Below are positions 30,962-41,385 of a stretch of 64,000 nt of DNA, in pieces. Both the position numbers and the translations under genes were made by a program. The DNA comes from Gammaproteobacteria bacterium (lineage in GTDB: Bacteria; Pseudomonadota; Gammaproteobacteria; CAJXQU01). The notes beneath the pieces were generated by a model that saw only the letters and a list, made by a program, of their open reading frames with translations, ran no database searches and was not told the DNA's origin. Within the stretch, counting starts at the first letter, position 1; every line of letters begins with the position of its first letter. The stretch spans positions 6,056 through 70,055 of the forward strand of contig JBGCGE010000009.1 in NCBI GenBank assembly GCA_045110495.1. The letters run 5' to 3'.

Positions 30962-31894
30962 TTATTCGCGGGTTATTTGAAAGTGAATAACATGATCTGG
31001 ATTTTCTTTGAAGGATTTGCCAAAGCTTATTTCTCCCTCTGGTGGCATCAACATTTCATCTCGACGCAGAAAAATTTCTCGACCCTTTTCATTTTTTACC
31101 CAGGTTCCATTGGTACTTAAATCTATAATGAAAAGCTTACCTCGACGATTCTCCAATGTAATATGTTGCCGCGAGGCTAATTCTTCATCCAGGACTATAT
31201 CGCAATACATGCTTCTACCAACTGCAAATTGGCTCTGCTTATCACGAAAAATATATTCTTGATTTTTGTATTGCATCAATAAGGTAGTTGGTATTTTGTT
31301 TCTGCGAGTAGCACCAATCGTCATTTGAGTAAGATCTTCTTCGTCATCAAATATTTCATAAAGATCAATATCTTCTGATTTCCCCTTCATCTGTGTTCTA
31401 TCAATGTGACGACAATTTTCAAAAAGCTTTGCTGGTAATTGTTTCGCAGTTTCTCCTGAAGTTAAGATTTGACCAGGTTTTGAAAGTGAGACGATTCTTG
31501 CAGCCGTATTAACTGAATCACCAAAGACATCGCCATTTTCCATAATCGTTGGTCCTGAGTGAAGACCAACTCGGATATCTAATCTTTTATGTAGTTCAAC
31601 TCTCATCGTTTCTTTTTGCATTTGACAGGCTGCATTGGTTGCGTCCTCCACAGAAGCAAACCGAATCATTAATTCATCTCCAATGGTTTTGACAATTATT
31701 CCACGACATCGTTCTGCTATTGTTTCAATACTCCTTAAACATTCCGAAACACGTTCTTTAGCTTTCTGATCGCCAAGCCTTTCGTATAACTGGGTGCTAT
31801 TACAAATATCAGCAAATAATAAGGTTTGGTTAGAGTTTTTAACTGTTGAGGTCACTTGAGTCGCTTGCATATTAAGAATAAGGATGTTGTTCAT
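30962..31894 (-). CDS. Class III adenylate cyclase with C-terminal FHA domain
   Basis: FADI, VKTIGDE, GDVFGDSVNTAARI; FHA motifs VGRS...ASRQH...STNGT. Confidence 0.92.
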   Translation of the reverse strand: MNNILILNMQATQVTSTVKNSNQTLLFADICNSTQLYERLGDQKAKERVSECLRSIETIAERCRGIIVKTIGDELMIRFASVEDATNAACQMQKETMRVELHKRLDIRVGLHSGPTIMENGDVFGDSVNTAARIVSLSKPGQILTSGETAKQLPAKLFENCRHIDRTQMKGKSEDIDLYEIFDDEEDLTQMTIGATRRNKIPTTLLMQYKNQEYIFRDKQSQFAVGRSMYCDIVLDEELASRQHITLENRRGKLFIIDLSTNGTWVKNEKGREIFLRRDEMLMPPEGEISFGKSFKENPDHVIHFQITRE

Positions 31895-32028
31895 TATGTG
31901 TAAAACACCAAGGATACAGTGCTGCTGTCATTAACTATTTGCAACTTTAGTTAAATATCGTCAAATCGACGCTCTGAATGACTGTTTACTGACAATTATG
32001 AGAAAAGATAGGCTATTCTGTCAAAGTT

Positions 32029-32487
32029 ATGGAAAGTTCTATACGCCTGATAGCTGCACATTCTACTGAATCTCAATTGACGCAGGGTGTTTATGTGAGA
32101 ACAAGTAATAGCTCGGCAAGTGCATCAATCAAACCGTCAGTTGATCAAAACTCAGAAAATGCAGATCATGGAACACAAAGTAGATCACGCTGGCAGAACA
32201 CTCCAGGTATTCGGGTCTCTTTACAAAGTTTAAATACTGAACCGCAAATTGAAGAGTATCGAAGCCTTAAGTCTGATGGACGTAGAAAAGCTTCAACAAT
32301 GGTTTCACCTGAAACGGTTATCAATCCAGATAGATCCAATATAGGTTCATTCGGAGAAGTGAATTTTCGTTCAGTAAACCCCAGATCAAAAATGGTTCTG
32401 GATGATTTTATCCAACAAATGGGAGGCGCTGCACAACCAGTTGATCAGAATAGAGCAACTGGCAGCCTTATTAATACTTCAGTTTAA
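32029..32487 (+). CDS. Hypothetical Ser-rich, probably disordered protein
   Basis: 152-aa ORF filling the gap; ends GSLINTSV. Confidence 0.55.
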   Translation: MESSIRLIAAHSTESQLTQGVYVRTSNSSASASIKPSVDQNSENADHGTQSRSRWQNTPGIRVSLQSLNTEPQIEEYRSLKSDGRRKASTMVSPETVINPDRSNIGSFGEVNFRSVNPRSKMVLDDFIQQMGGAAQPVDQNRATGSLINTSV

Positions 32488-32529
32488 TTTGTTGTCTTAA
32501 TGCGTTTAACTAAGAACCATGAAAAAACA

Positions 32530-33030
32530 CTAGGGCTTTTTGCCCATCTTCGGCGCTTCGCCATATTTTTCTATATAGTCATCGGCCAACTGTTGGGCGG
32601 CCGCTAGTTGCTCATCACCAAGCTTTTCACGTGTAGGATCTAAAGAAACTTTTGATTTTTTATGCCCGAGGTGTGTGGCTACTTTGAACCAGGCGTAAGC
32701 CGCTTCATAGTCTTGCGGGACACCTTTACCTTCAGCATACATTTTTCCCAATCTATATTGTGCTTCTTTGACGCCTTGCTTTGATGCTTTTAAATACCAC
32801 TGAGCGGCTTCTTTTTCATCTTGCTCTACTCCCTGGCCTTTTGAGAACATAACACCAAGATAATATTGAGCGTAAGGATGATTGCTGCTTTGTGCTAGTG
32901 GCATCATCGTTTGCCAGGCTTTTTCATGATCACCATTTGCATAGGCAAAGACGCCATCATTAAAGTCTGCATGTGCCGCAGTTGAAAGTGTGAGAAATAA
33001 AATGACGATTAGGGATGGTTTTTTAAACAT
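32530..33030 (-). CDS. Sel1-repeat periplasmic protein
   Basis: Signal peptide; AQYYLGVMF.KGQGVEQD...A..WY; AQYRLGKMY.EGKGVPQD. Confidence 0.92.
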   Translation of the reverse strand: MFKKPSLIVILFLTLSTAAHADFNDGVFAYANGDHEKAWQTMMPLAQSSNHPYAQYYLGVMFSKGQGVEQDEKEAAQWYLKASKQGVKEAQYRLGKMYAEGKGVPQDYEAAYAWFKVATHLGHKKSKVSLDPTREKLGDEQLAAAQQLADDYIEKYGEAPKMGKKP

Positions 33031-33128
33031 TAATCCTTTCCTGTTAAGTGGTTCCGCGTATTATTGTTATAAATAGGTGAATGTTATATGAACGGGGCGA
33101 AGTCTACCCCAATCTGGTAGAGGATTAT

Positions 33129-34115
33129 ATGAAAAAATTCCGAGTATTTCGAGTCTATAGAAACGATCAAAAAATAACAGGTCGTATTGAAGATTCTACG
33201 TTAGATGAACTGTCAGCTGGCGAAGTTGTGATCAAATCTGAATATTCAAGTGTTAATTATAAAGATGCCCTGGCAGCAACGGGAGCTGGAAAGATTATTT
33301 CCAAATTCCCATTAATCGGCGGTATCGATGTTTCCGGAATAGTCAAAAATTCTGAAGACGATCGATTTAAATCAGGTGATAAGGTATTAGTTACAGGTTA
33401 TGAGATGGGTATGTCACATGACGGAGGCTATGCAGAATATGTACGCGTGCCGGCTGAATGGGTAATCCCATTACCGGAGTCTATAACAACGAAGGAAGCA
33501 ATGATTATAGGAACCGCGGGGTTCACTGCGGCACTTTGTATTGATCGAATGGAACAGAATGGACAAACTCCCGAGCAAGGTACGATTTTGATCAATGGTG
33601 CTTCCGGTGGTGTCGGTTGTATGGCAATCGATATGTTTTCTTCGACAGGATATGACGTTACCGCCCTGACGGGTAAAATGAGTGAAATAGATTATTTACG
33701 AAGCCTTGGTGCGAAAGAGGTTCTTGATCGAAATGAACTGTCCTTTTCTGGGAGACCGTTAGAAACATCATTATGGGCTGGCGCGGTGGATAATGTTGGA
33801 GGAGCTATACTCAGTTGGTTAACTAAAACGGTTCATCCCTGGGGGAATATTGCCTCTGTTGGGCTTGCTGCCAGTGCTCAACTGGAAACTACTGTACTTC
33901 CATTTATCCTAAGAGGCGTCAGTTTGCTTGGCATCACTTCTGCAGGCTGTCCAACAGCATTGCGCCATAAAATCTGGAATCGAATTGGATCTGATCTTCG
34001 TCCACAACATTTTGATCAAATTGCTCTCCAGGAAGTGGTTTTGGAAGAGTTAAATGAAGTGTTCAGCGCGATGCTAAATGGTCAAACAAAAGGGCGAACT
34101 ATTGTTCGTTTGTAA
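33129..34115 (+). CDS. acuI: YhdH/AcuI-family quinone oxidoreductase (acryloyl-CoA reductase-like)
   Basis: YSSVNYKDALA, GTAGFTAAL, GASGGVG, LPFILRGVSLLG; ATG 33129 follows an AGGA SD. Confidence 0.85.
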   Translation: MKKFRVFRVYRNDQKITGRIEDSTLDELSAGEVVIKSEYSSVNYKDALAATGAGKIISKFPLIGGIDVSGIVKNSEDDRFKSGDKVLVTGYEMGMSHDGGYAEYVRVPAEWVIPLPESITTKEAMIIGTAGFTAALCIDRMEQNGQTPEQGTILINGASGGVGCMAIDMFSSTGYDVTALTGKMSEIDYLRSLGAKEVLDRNELSFSGRPLETSLWAGAVDNVGGAILSWLTKTVHPWGNIASVGLAASAQLETTVLPFILRGVSLLGITSAGCPTALRHKIWNRIGSDLRPQHFDQIALQEVVLEELNEVFSAMLNGQTKGRTIVRL

Positions 34116-34165
34116 TGTTATAATTGTTGGCTTTTTAATTTTAACTTAATCTATCATACGAAACT

Positions 34166-35575
34166 ATGTCCTCAGCAAAGACTTTATACGACAAGCTATG
34201 GAATGCGCACGTTGTTCGCGAGAATGATGATGGTACTTCCCTTATTTATATTGATCGTCATTTGATCCACGAAGTGACATCGCCGCAAGCTTTTGAAGGC
34301 TTGAAACTGGCAGATCGAAAACCTTGGCGTATCGACGCAAACCTTGCGGTTTCTGATCATAACGTACCGACGACTGATCGATCTGAACCTATAAAAGATC
34401 CTGTTTCAAAATTACAGCTGGATACTCTGTATGATAATTGTTCTGAATGGGAGATCACCCAGTTCGATATTCACGATCCACGGCAAGGTATTGTCCATGT
34501 TATTGGACCAGAGCAGGGTGCTTCTTTACCAGGAATGACAATAGTCTGCGGCGACTCGCATACGTCTACTCATGGTGGTCTTGGTGCATTGGCTTTTGGA
34601 ATAGGTACCTCTGAAGTCGAACACACCCTTGCAACACAATGTTTAGTGTTGCAGAAATCAAAAAATATGTTAATCCGTGTTGATGGACATGTCGGCAAAG
34701 GCATTACAGCGAAAGATATTGTCCTTGCGATTATTGGTGAAATTGGAACGGCAGGCGGCACTGGATATGCGGTGGAGTTTGCAGGTTCAGCAATTGAAGA
34801 CCTATCCATGGAAGGCCGTATGACCTTGTGTAATATGGCAATTGAAGCCGGTGCAAGATCAGGTTTTGTTGCTGTTGATGATAAAACCATCGAATTTGTA
34901 AAAGATAGACCTTACTCGCCAAAAGGTGAAATGTGGGATCAAGCGGTTGAATATTGGAGAACATTGCATACTGATGAAGGTGCAAGTTTCGATAAGATTG
35001 TAACGTTAAAAGCTGAAGAGATAGAACCTCAAGTTACTTGGGGGACATCGCCAGAAATGGTTGTTTCTGTTACAGAAACTATTCCTGATCCTACGAAAGA
35101 ATCTGATCCTGTCAAAGCGGAAGGTATGACAAATGCCTTAGCTTATATGGATCTAAAAAGTGGTACGCCGATTTCTGAGATAAAAATTAATCGTGTCTTT
35201 ATTGGTTCTTGTACAAACTCACGAATTGAAGACATGCGTGCAGCAGCGGAAATAGCTAAAACGGGTAAAGTCGCTAGTAGTGTAACGGAAGCCATTGTCG
35301 TTCCTGGTTCGGGACTTGTGAAAAGACAGGCTGAAGAAGAAGGTCTTGATCAAATATTTATCGATGCGGGTTTTGAATGGCGTGAACCCGGTTGCTCAAT
35401 GTGCCTCGGAATGAATCCTGATCAGCTTAAAGCTGGCGAACATTGTGCGTCCACTTCCAACCGTAATTTTGAAGGGCGACAAGGCCCCGGTGGTCGCACA
35501 CATCTGGTCAGTCCAGCCATGGCAGTCGCAGCCGCAATTGCGGGTCATTTTGTAGATGTTCGGGAGATAAACTAA
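34166..35575 (+). CDS. leuC: 3-isopropylmalate dehydratase, large subunit
   Basis: [39 protein letters not shown]. Confidence 0.98.
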   Translation: MSSAKTLYDKLWNAHVVRENDDGTSLIYIDRHLIHEVTSPQAFEGLKLADRKPWRIDANLAVSDHNVPTTDRSEPIKDPVSKLQLDTLYDNCSEWEITQFDIHDPRQGIVHVIGPEQGASLPGMTIVCGDSHTSTHGGLGALAFGIGTSEVEHTLATQCLVLQKSKNMLIRVDGHVGKGITAKDIVLAIIGEIGTAGGTGYAVEFAGSAIEDLSMEGRMTLCNMAIEAGARSGFVAVDDKTIEFVKDRPYSPKGEMWDQAVEYWRTLHTDEGASFDKIVTLKAEEIEPQVTWGTSPEMVVSVTETIPDPTKESDPVKAEGMTNALAYMDLKSGTPISEIKINRVFIGSCTNSRIEDMRAAAEIAKTGKVASSVTEAIVVPGSGLVKRQAEEEGLDQIFIDAGFEWREPGCSMCLGMNPDQLKAGEHCASTSNRNFEGRQGPGGRTHLVSPAMAVAAAIAGHFVDVREIN

Positions 35576-36216
35576 TGGAAGCTTTTACAACATTAAAAGG
35601 ATTAGTCGTGCCGTTGGATCGGCCAAATGTCGATACAGATGCAATTATCCCTAAGCAATTCCTGAAGTCGATCAAACGAAGTGGTTTCGGCCCGAACCTT
35701 TTTGATGAGTGGCGTTACCTGGATCAAGGCCAACCTGGACAAGATTCTACCAACAGGCCATTAAATCCTGATTTTGTACTAAATCAGGACAGGTACCAGG
35801 GTGCTCAGATTATGTTGGGTAGAGATAATTTTGGTTGTGGTTCATCTCGTGAACATGCGCCATGGGCTTTTTATGATTACGGAATTAGCTGCATCATCGC
35901 ACCTAGTTTTGCTGATATTTTTTATAGCAACTCGTTCAAAAACGGTATCTTGCTAATAAAACTTGATTCAGAAACTATTGATCAATTATTCAAAGAAGTT
36001 GAGATAACTTCTGGTTATAAATTAGAAATAGATCTCGCATCGCAATCAATCAATACTCCGAGCGGTGAGGAAATCAAATTTGATGTTGATGAATCACTAA
36101 AACATCGGCTTTTAAATGGATTGGATGATATTGGTCTCACTTTACAACATGCAAATGAGATCAAAGCTTATGAACAAAATCGAAACAAATTAACCCCTTG
36201 GTTGTTTAATCAGTAG
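35575..36216 (+). CDS. leuD: 3-isopropylmalate dehydratase, small subunit
   Basis: [32 protein letters not shown]. Confidence 0.98.
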   Translation: MEAFTTLKGLVVPLDRPNVDTDAIIPKQFLKSIKRSGFGPNLFDEWRYLDQGQPGQDSTNRPLNPDFVLNQDRYQGAQIMLGRDNFGCGSSREHAPWAFYDYGISCIIAPSFADIFYSNSFKNGILLIKLDSETIDQLFKEVEITSGYKLEIDLASQSINTPSGEEIKFDVDESLKHRLLNGLDDIGLTLQHANEIKAYEQNRNKLTPWLFNQ

Positions 36217-37486
36217 TACTGCCTTGTGCTTTCTTGAAAAGTGGTAACCGATAGATCGTATGGGCGGCGCCAGCGACGGCGACAAATGACAGGATTTTGA
36301 TAACCCCGACGGTAGAAAGACCCCATTCACAGATTATGACTGTCGTTGTCAGGAAAAAAAGCATTACCGTTGTTTGTATAAAGTTATAACCCGCTAAAAC
36401 AATCCCTAGCTCACGCTCTTTTGCATGCAGTTGGATTAGTGCGTTTAGCGGTACTATAAATAAACCTCCAAAAAATCCAACCGAAAAAAAGTTGAATGCG
36501 TGTGCTTGTGGTGTACCTAAAAAAGGAATAATTGAAATCGACATCGCAATTCCAATTGAGCCAATTAAGACTAGCCCCGTCACACTGTGACTTTCTGCAT
36601 ATTTGCCAGAAGTAATCGATCCAAACATTATCCCAATACCCGTACAGGCCATCATGCCCTGGATAATGATCGTATTCAGCATTCCCATCGTTTCTTTGGC
36701 AAAAGCAGGGAAGGAGGCAAGCATTACCTGACAAATCGCCCAGAAGATAGATAAGCCAATAATCGATGTCCAAATAACCTTGTGATGATAGACAAGGCTG
36801 AGATTATTTTTCAGATAATCGCCCCGCTTGTAGCGATCAAAATCAAAATGTAATTCTTCATAAACATTTTGTTTTTGAGGCAGACGGAATGTGAGTCCGA
36901 ACTCAATTAAAGCACCGATAATCAAGACCCAGCCAACGGGTGCGATTATTTTGATCAATTCTGCTTTATTTTCATAAGTTACCTCTTTAAGTAGACTTTC
37001 AAACATGATCGAAAAAATGAATGTACCAGCTAGTATCGCAATAATCGTTACTGCCTGAACCAGGCCATTCGCAGATGATAGATGGTTTTTACCGACAAGT
37101 TCTCTAATAAAGCCGAATTTTGCTGGAGAATAAATAGCACTTTGAATAGCCAACAAAAAAGTCATACCGAATGCTGCCCAAAAATATCCGAGGTGATAAA
37201 AAAGCGTGATCAGACACGTTAGACAAACGGCAATAAAGGCGCTTATTCTAATAACATTATTTTTCGGGTATTTATCGGCTAAAAAACCAGCAGGTGTGAA
37301 AAGAAGAATAAAAGGCAATAAAATCAATGCATTAACTATGGCTGTCAGGATTATTTGCTCTTGCCCATCATAGGTCTTGAAAACTGTATTCTGGATAATG
37401 ATCTTATGTCCAAGATCAACAAAGGCATTAAGAAAGACCACTAATATATAAGGTAGAAACCCAGCAATTTTAAACAGTTTTAGCAT
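36206..37486 (-). CDS. Stand-alone LplT/Aas-type MFS transporter
   Basis: [53 protein letters not shown]; about 12 TM segments. Confidence 0.85.
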   Translation of the reverse strand: MLKLFKIAGFLPYILVVFLNAFVDLGHKIIIQNTVFKTYDGQEQIILTAIVNALILLPFILLFTPAGFLADKYPKNNVIRISAFIAVCLTCLITLFYHLGYFWAAFGMTFLLAIQSAIYSPAKFGFIRELVGKNHLSSANGLVQAVTIIAILAGTFIFSIMFESLLKEVTYENKAELIKIIAPVGWVLIIGALIEFGLTFRLPQKQNVYEELHFDFDRYKRGDYLKNNLSLVYHHKVIWTSIIGLSIFWAICQVMLASFPAFAKETMGMLNTIIIQGMMACTGIGIMFGSITSGKYAESHSVTGLVLIGSIGIAMSISIIPFLGTPQAHAFNFFSVGFFGGLFIVPLNALIQLHAKERELGIVLAGYNFIQTTVMLFFLTTTVIICEWGLSTVGVIKILSFVAVAGAAHTIYRLPLFKKAQGSTTD

Positions 37487-37640
37487 ATCGATATCCTTTG
37501 TAAGAGTTGACCTGAATAAAATGCACTAACAACTCTTTGACGAGATTCTTTTTCTCTTACACTGTATGAATGATTTTATTTACAACGAACTGTTGATAGA
37601 GGCTGAAGAGTCTATCAATAAATGAGGTAGAATCCAGTCT

Positions 37641-37928
37641 ATGAATTCACAAACAGACAAAGCTGATCAAATTCCTTGTTGGATCTACAGAAGTAGTCGT
37701 AAGGAAGATATGTACCTTTATCTTAGTAAGAAGGACGATTTAGAAGAAGTGCCAGACGATTTACAGAAGAGTCTTGGGGAGCTGGTTTTTGTCATGCAAT
37801 TAGAGTTGTCTGAGCAACGCAAATTAGCAAGAGCTAATGTCTCTGAGGTAATGAAGTCACTTAACTCTGAAGGATATTACTTACAACTGCCTCCAAAATT
37901 AATTCCTGATCTGCATTTTGGTGATTAA
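37641..37928 (+). CDS. ycgL: YcgL-domain protein
   Basis: CWIYRSSRKEDMYLYL...VPDDL...RKLARA...GYYLQLPP. Confidence 0.9.
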   Translation: MNSQTDKADQIPCWIYRSSRKEDMYLYLSKKDDLEEVPDDLQKSLGELVFVMQLELSEQRKLARANVSEVMKSLNSEGYYLQLPPKLIPDLHFGD

Positions 37929-38811
37929 TAACCTTTCAAATTTGATCGAACAGTTTTTGGACACGGCCTGGTCTGAACAAGGCTTGAGTGATAACACGTT
38001 ATCTTCATATCGTTCTGATCTAAGTTTTTTTAACAAGTGGCTGACTAGTAACGATAAGCATCTTAAAAAAATCGACTGGCAAGATTTACTGAGCTTTCTT
38101 GATCATTTTGAGAATGCTTCTCCACGCAGCCGCGCTCGTCGTTTAACCAGCTTACGACGGTTTTATCGATTTTTGATCCGCGAGGAATTGGTTGAAGAAG
38201 ATCCGACTCGTCGACTTAAAACCCCTAAAGCTGGCCGTAGTCTTCCCAAAACTTTATCCGAAGACGAAGTTGAAGCTTTGTTAACTGCTCCAGATATAGA
38301 TAAAGCTTTAGGTTTACGTGATAAAGCAATGATTGAATTGCTTTATGCGACAGGCTTGCGCGTTTCTGAATTGGTTAATCTGACGATGCAGGAGATCAAT
38401 TTAGATCATGGCGTGGTCAGAATTACGGGGAAGGGTGATAAGGAAAGAATCGTTCCTGTAGGGGAAGAAGCAGTTCATTGGCTAGAGACGTATTTGCAGC
38501 AAGCGCGTGCCGATTTATTAAAAGGACAGTCTTCAGATGCCTTATTTCCCGCTCGACAGGGAAAACCCATTGGCCGGCATGCATTCTGGCATCGTATTAA
38601 GCAACATACGTCAACGGCAGGTATTAATAAGTCGATCTCTCCTCACACTTTACGCCATGCTTTTGCGACACATTTACTTAATCACGGAGCAGATTTAAGA
38701 GTTGTTCAGATGCTCTTAGGACATCAAGATATTTCGACAACACAGATCTATACACATGTTGCGCAGGCAAGATTACAAAATTTACACGCAACCCATCATC
38801 CAAGAGCATAA
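37918..38811 (+). CDS. xerD: Site-specific tyrosine recombinase XerD
   Basis: YATGLRVSELV, GKGDKERIVP, SPHTLRHAFATHL, LGHQDISTTQIYTH. Confidence 0.95.
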   Translation: MVINNLSNLIEQFLDTAWSEQGLSDNTLSSYRSDLSFFNKWLTSNDKHLKKIDWQDLLSFLDHFENASPRSRARRLTSLRRFYRFLIREELVEEDPTRRLKTPKAGRSLPKTLSEDEVEALLTAPDIDKALGLRDKAMIELLYATGLRVSELVNLTMQEINLDHGVVRITGKGDKERIVPVGEEAVHWLETYLQQARADLLKGQSSDALFPARQGKPIGRHAFWHRIKQHTSTAGINKSISPHTLRHAFATHLLNHGADLRVVQMLLGHQDISTTQIYTHVAQARLQNLHATHHPRA

Positions 38812-38819
38812 TTGCTTTG

Positions 38820-38848
38820 TTGCAACCTGCTTCCCGCTAACATAGAAT
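38820..38848 (+). promoter_or_regulatory. Sigma-70 promoter of the rpsF operon
   Basis: TTGCAA-N17-TAGAAT. Confidence 0.75.
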
Positions 38849-38859
38849 ACGCCGTTTTT

Positions 38860-38914
38860 AACCCTTGCCTTACCGAAAATTGAAACGGAAGGCTATAATC
38901 CGAGAGGGAATATA
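38860..38914 (+). ncRNA. S6:S18-type ribosomal protein leader (autoregulatory 5' UTR)
   Basis: CCCTT, then hairpin GCCTT-A-CCG/CGG-AAGGC, then ATAATCCGAGAGGG before the GTG; layout of known rpsF leaders. Confidence 0.55.
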
Positions 38915-39631
38915 GTGAGACACTACGAAGTCGTTTTTCTGGTCCACCCAGATCAGAGCGAGCAGGTTCCTGCCATGCTCGATCGTTACCGAACAATTAT
39001 TGAAGCTGATGGCGGTCAAGTCCACCGCCTGGAAGATTGGGGCCGTCGTTTATTGGCCTACCCAATCAACAAGGTTCACAAAGCCCATTACGTGATGATT
39101 AATATGGAATGTGATCAAAAAGCACTTGATGAATTGAACAGTGCTTTCCGTTTTAATGACGCAGTCATCCGAAACTTAATTATGAAACGCGATAGTGCTG
39201 TTACGGAACCTTCATTCCTGGCTAAGAGTAAGGAAGAAGAGGAAGAGCGAGCAACTAAAGAAGCTGCAATTGCCAGAGCTAGAGAAGCAGAAGCCGCTGC
39301 TAAAGTTGCTGCAGCTGCGGCAGAAGAATCTGTCCCTGAAGTTGCAACCCTTGCCGCTGTCGCTGATAGTTCAGATGAAGATGCACCTGCTGCTGAAGAG
39401 ACTTCAACTAAGGAACCAACTGACGCTGAAGTTATCTCTACTGAAGATCACGAATTAAACTACGTACTTAAAAAGTATGGCAAACGTCAGACTGCAGCAA
39501 ATCGTAAGAAGTTTGTAACGTTACTTGATGAGTGCAAGGCTGATGCTGAATATGCACCACACCTTCGTGAACAATTTTATCGCTATATCGAAGATAAAAA
39601 AGCCTTCGATATTATGGAAGATCTAGGTTAG
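38915..39631 (+). CDS. rpsF: 30S ribosomal protein S6 with a ~130-aa C-terminal extension
   Basis: [18 protein letters not shown]...[10 protein letters not shown]...FRFNDAVIR core (aa 1-104), then an Ala/Glu linker and an extra domain; 238 aa. Confidence 0.96.
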   Translation: MRHYEVVFLVHPDQSEQVPAMLDRYRTIIEADGGQVHRLEDWGRRLLAYPINKVHKAHYVMINMECDQKALDELNSAFRFNDAVIRNLIMKRDSAVTEPSFLAKSKEEEEERATKEAAIARAREAEAAAKVAAAAAEESVPEVATLAAVADSSDEDAPAAEETSTKEPTDAEVISTEDHELNYVLKKYGKRQTAANRKKFVTLLDECKADAEYAPHLREQFYRYIEDKKAFDIMEDLG

Positions 39632-39648
39632 ATCAGAGGAGAATTAAT

Positions 39649-39876
39649 ATGGCACGTTATTTTCGACGCAAACGTTTTTGCAAATTCACCGCTGAAGGCT
39701 TTACCGAGATCGACTACAAAGATCTAAATACGCTGAAAGCATATATATCCGAAACAGGAAAGATTATGCCAAGCCGTGTTTCCGGTACAAAAGCGGGTTA
39801 TCAGCGACAATTAAAAACAGCGATCAAACGAGCAAGATTTCTTGCTTTGATCCCATACTGCGACTCTCACGAGTAA
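39649..39876 (+). CDS. rpsR: 30S ribosomal protein S18
   Basis: RRKRFCKF...IDYKD...ETGKI.PSR..G...QRQL..AIKRAR. Confidence 0.98.
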   Translation: MARYFRRKRFCKFTAEGFTEIDYKDLNTLKAYISETGKIMPSRVSGTKAGYQRQLKTAIKRARFLALIPYCDSHE

Positions 39877-39898
39877 AGATTAAGCTGGTAGAAAACAA

Positions 39899-40804
39899 AT
39901 GAAAGCATTGGCCGCGTATATTCTACGAGGACCAATACAAGCAGCCGGTGTTATTGGTTTATTTGGCTGCATTGGTTGGGTTTTCCCACCATTGCTCATC
40001 ATTAGCTGTGCATCATTAGCATTAGTAGTGCTTAAGCAGGACTCGAAAACTGGTTTTTTAGTAATGTCAGGTGCTGTTATATTTTGCGCCTTTATTTCAC
40101 AAGTTGGTTTTGGGTCTTCAGTACTCGCTTTCTACACCGTTATGGTGTTGTGGCTGCCAGTATTAGTATTAGCCAATGTGTTACGGGTAACGCGATCGCA
40201 ATCAAGCACTTTAGTGGCGGTGATTATAGCGTCTCTAATATTTGCATTAAGTATTCGCTATTTTAGTAACAACATTGAAGAGTTCTGGCAACAAAGTCTG
40301 ACCCAGTATGCTGATAAAATAGCATTGCTCGCTAATGCGGAACGTCAGTCAGAAGTGATCAATGCACTTTCCGTTATCATGAATGGTTTTGTCGCGGCGA
40401 TGCTAGGAACCTTTCTAATGCTTAGTTTGTTACTGGCAAGATGGTGGCAAGCAAAGCTCTACAATCCCGGTGGGTTTGGAGAGGAATTTCGTAAGATACA
40501 GCTGCCTGTTTTGCTAACTATACCGCTGTTTGCTTGTGTGGTTATAGTAGCGTTATTTAAAGTTTCAGTACCGCCTTATGGATTCTTACTGGATGTGCTT
40601 GTAGTAGGCAGTGCCTTAATAATGTTTCACGGTTTGGCGGTGATCCATTTTTTTGTGCAAGAAAAAAAATTAGCAAAAGGTTGGTTAGTTGGAGTTTATA
40701 TATTCCTTGTCTTGGCGGCAGTATATGTTTTTAGTCTGCTAACAATGTTAGCAGTGACAGATAGTTTCTCAGATTTTCGTAAGCTACGCGCGAAGACTGT
40801 TTGA
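39899..40804 (+). CDS. DUF2232/YybS-like membrane protein
   Basis: Polytopic; ARWWQAKLYNPGGFGEEF motif; usual position between rpsR and rplI. Confidence 0.85.
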   Translation: MKALAAYILRGPIQAAGVIGLFGCIGWVFPPLLIISCASLALVVLKQDSKTGFLVMSGAVIFCAFISQVGFGSSVLAFYTVMVLWLPVLVLANVLRVTRSQSSTLVAVIIASLIFALSIRYFSNNIEEFWQQSLTQYADKIALLANAERQSEVINALSVIMNGFVAAMLGTFLMLSLLLARWWQAKLYNPGGFGEEFRKIQLPVLLTIPLFACVVIVALFKVSVPPYGFLLDVLVVGSALIMFHGLAVIHFFVQEKKLAKGWLVGVYIFLVLAAVYVFSLLTMLAVTDSFSDFRKLRAKTV

Positions 40805-40847
40805 AAAAATATTTTAAAGTTATAAAAGAATTGAGTGAGGAAATACG

Positions 40848-41300
40848 ATGGAAGTTATATTACTGGAAAAAGTTAACAATCTTGGTGACCTTGGAGACAA
40901 GGTTAACGTAAAGTCTGGCTATGGCCGAAACTTTTTGATCCCACAAGAAAAAGCGGTTCCCGCAACAGCTAAGCATCTTGAAGAGTTTGAAGCTAGACGT
41001 GCTGAACTTGAAAAGGCAGAAAAAGAGGCTCTTTCAAAAGCTCAAGCACGAGAAAAAGCTTTATCAGAATTATCGGTGACTATCTCACGTAATGCCGGTG
41101 CGGAAGGTAAACTGTTTGGCTCAGTCACAAGCGCTGATATTGCAGCTGCTGCATCTGAAGCAGGTGTTGAGCTTGAGAAACGAGAAGTTCGTCTACCAGA
41201 TGGTCCTCTACATGAAATTGGTGAATTTGATATTGATCTACATTTACATTCCGACGTTAACACTACTGTTAAGGTAAATGTTGTCGCAGAAGAAAGTTAG
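40848..41300 (+). CDS. rplI: 50S ribosomal protein L9
   Basis: [28 protein letters not shown]. Confidence 0.98.
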   Translation: MEVILLEKVNNLGDLGDKVNVKSGYGRNFLIPQEKAVPATAKHLEEFEARRAELEKAEKEALSKAQAREKALSELSVTISRNAGAEGKLFGSVTSADIAAAASEAGVELEKREVRLPDGPLHEIGEFDIDLHLHSDVNTTVKVNVVAEES

Positions 41301-41309
41301 CTAAGAATT

Positions 41310-41346
41310 GATCAAAAGTATTTATTATTCTAACTTTTGATCTTTT
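41310..41346 (+). terminator. Probable intrinsic terminator after rplI
   Basis: GATCAAAAGT-N13-ACTTTTGATC followed by TTTT. Confidence 0.65.
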
Positions 41347-41385
41347 CCTCATTATTTTAACTTTTTAACGAGGTATAATCTCCAG

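Noticed and set aside
31961-32028. Sigma-28 promoter for the 152-aa hypothetical gene
   Set aside because: The -10 element (GCTCTGAA) is a poor match to GCCGATAA
34116-34165. Leucine attenuator leader before leuC
   Set aside because: Only 50 nt; no Leu-rich leader peptide of convincing length and no terminator hairpin
37918-38811. Tyrosine recombinase as a possible prophage or island integrase
   Set aside because: Length and motifs are those of chromosomal XerD; flanked by core genes with no att repeats or phage genes
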